Assembly: GCA_973895155.1 (NCBI GenBank)
Contig: OZ316894.1
Span: 8,828,234-8,892,233 of the forward strand
DNA: 64,000 nt
Source: Marsupella aquatica
Lineage: Eukaryota > Plantae > Marchantiophyta
Direction: 5' to 3'
Shown here piece by piece: positions 63,581 through 64,000 of this stretch; position 1 is the stretch's first letter, and each line of letters opens with the position of its first letter. The notes under the pieces were generated by a model. That model ran no database searches and was not told the origin of the DNA. It saw nothing but the letters and a program-made list of their open reading frames with translations. The translations under genes were made by a program, and so were the position numbers.

Positions 63581-64000
63581 CTAGGGTGAAGGAAGGAGGA
63601 CAGAGGAAGCGAACAGAGATGAGCCATTGTTGGGTGCCGAAACTTTCAGACCTAAAATTGATGTGAACACGTTGTAAAGCTCCACGTTTATGAAAGAAGG
63701 GACTTTTCGTCCTTGAGCAAACTGTGGCCCATGAGCAATAAAAACCGTTCTCATCGACAGCAATGAGTTGTCATACCCATGTGCTCCCCCGCATTGAGAC
63801 GTACTTAACCTCTCGTACTCAACCTTGAATCCCTCAGCTGGAATTCCAATGATGGGTTGCACGCGGTCGCTTGAAGAGTATAAAAACCTCTCAGGTATCT
63901 CCTCCTTCAAGTAGAGCTCTAAAAATTCACTGTTTTCCACTTTACCTGATGACAAAGCCTCTTTCAACTTCGTGTACACGTTTTTTACGTCCACATCTGC
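63581..64000 (-). CDS. Type I phosphodiesterase / nucleotide pyrophosphatase (ENPP/NPP family), C-terminal part; gene extends beyond the window
   Basis: YLKEEIPERFLYSSSDRVQPIIG, CGGAHGYDNSLLSMRTVFIAHGPQF, PSFINVELYN..ILGL..APNNGS are NPP family C-terminal motifs. TAG at 63583-63581. Confidence 0.95.
   Translation of the reverse strand, partial: ADVDVKNVYTKLKEALSSGKVENSEFLELYLKEEIPERFLYSSSDRVQPIIGIPAEGFKVEYERLSTSQCGGAHGYDNSLLSMRTVFIAHGPQFAQGRKVPSFINVELYNVFTSILGLKVSAPNNGSSLFASSVLLPSP

Overview
Eukaryotic nuclear DNA from a land plant, probably a non-seed plant such as a bryophyte (inferred from gene content, GT-AG introns and divergent proteins; I cannot name the species). Six protein-coding genes are supported. 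(1) A two-exon PTH2-family peptidyl-tRNA hydrolase (PTRHD1-like). (2) An oleosin with an intronless CDS. (3) A ~23-exon RNA-dependent RNA polymerase of the RDR3/4/5 (gamma) type. (4) A small 80-aa single-pass membrane protein. (5) A four-exon plant protein of unknown function with an N-terminal membrane helix. (6) The 3' end of a nucleotide pyrophosphatase/phosphodiesterase. The most unusual item is the RDR. It appears to carry an N-terminal dsRNA-binding domain (dsRBD), has DLDGD rather than the DFDGD typical of plant gamma RDRs, and has one ambiguous junction that decides between a full-length fusion and a dsRBD-only product. The intergenic space holds a complete 7.6-kb PIF/Harbinger-superfamily element with AG-starting TIRs and an ATT target duplication, a MITE with the same ATT duplication, orphan termini of the same style, a probable Gypsy LTR remnant, a calmodulin-like fragment and many local tandem duplications. 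All exon boundaries were derived by hand and need confirmation.
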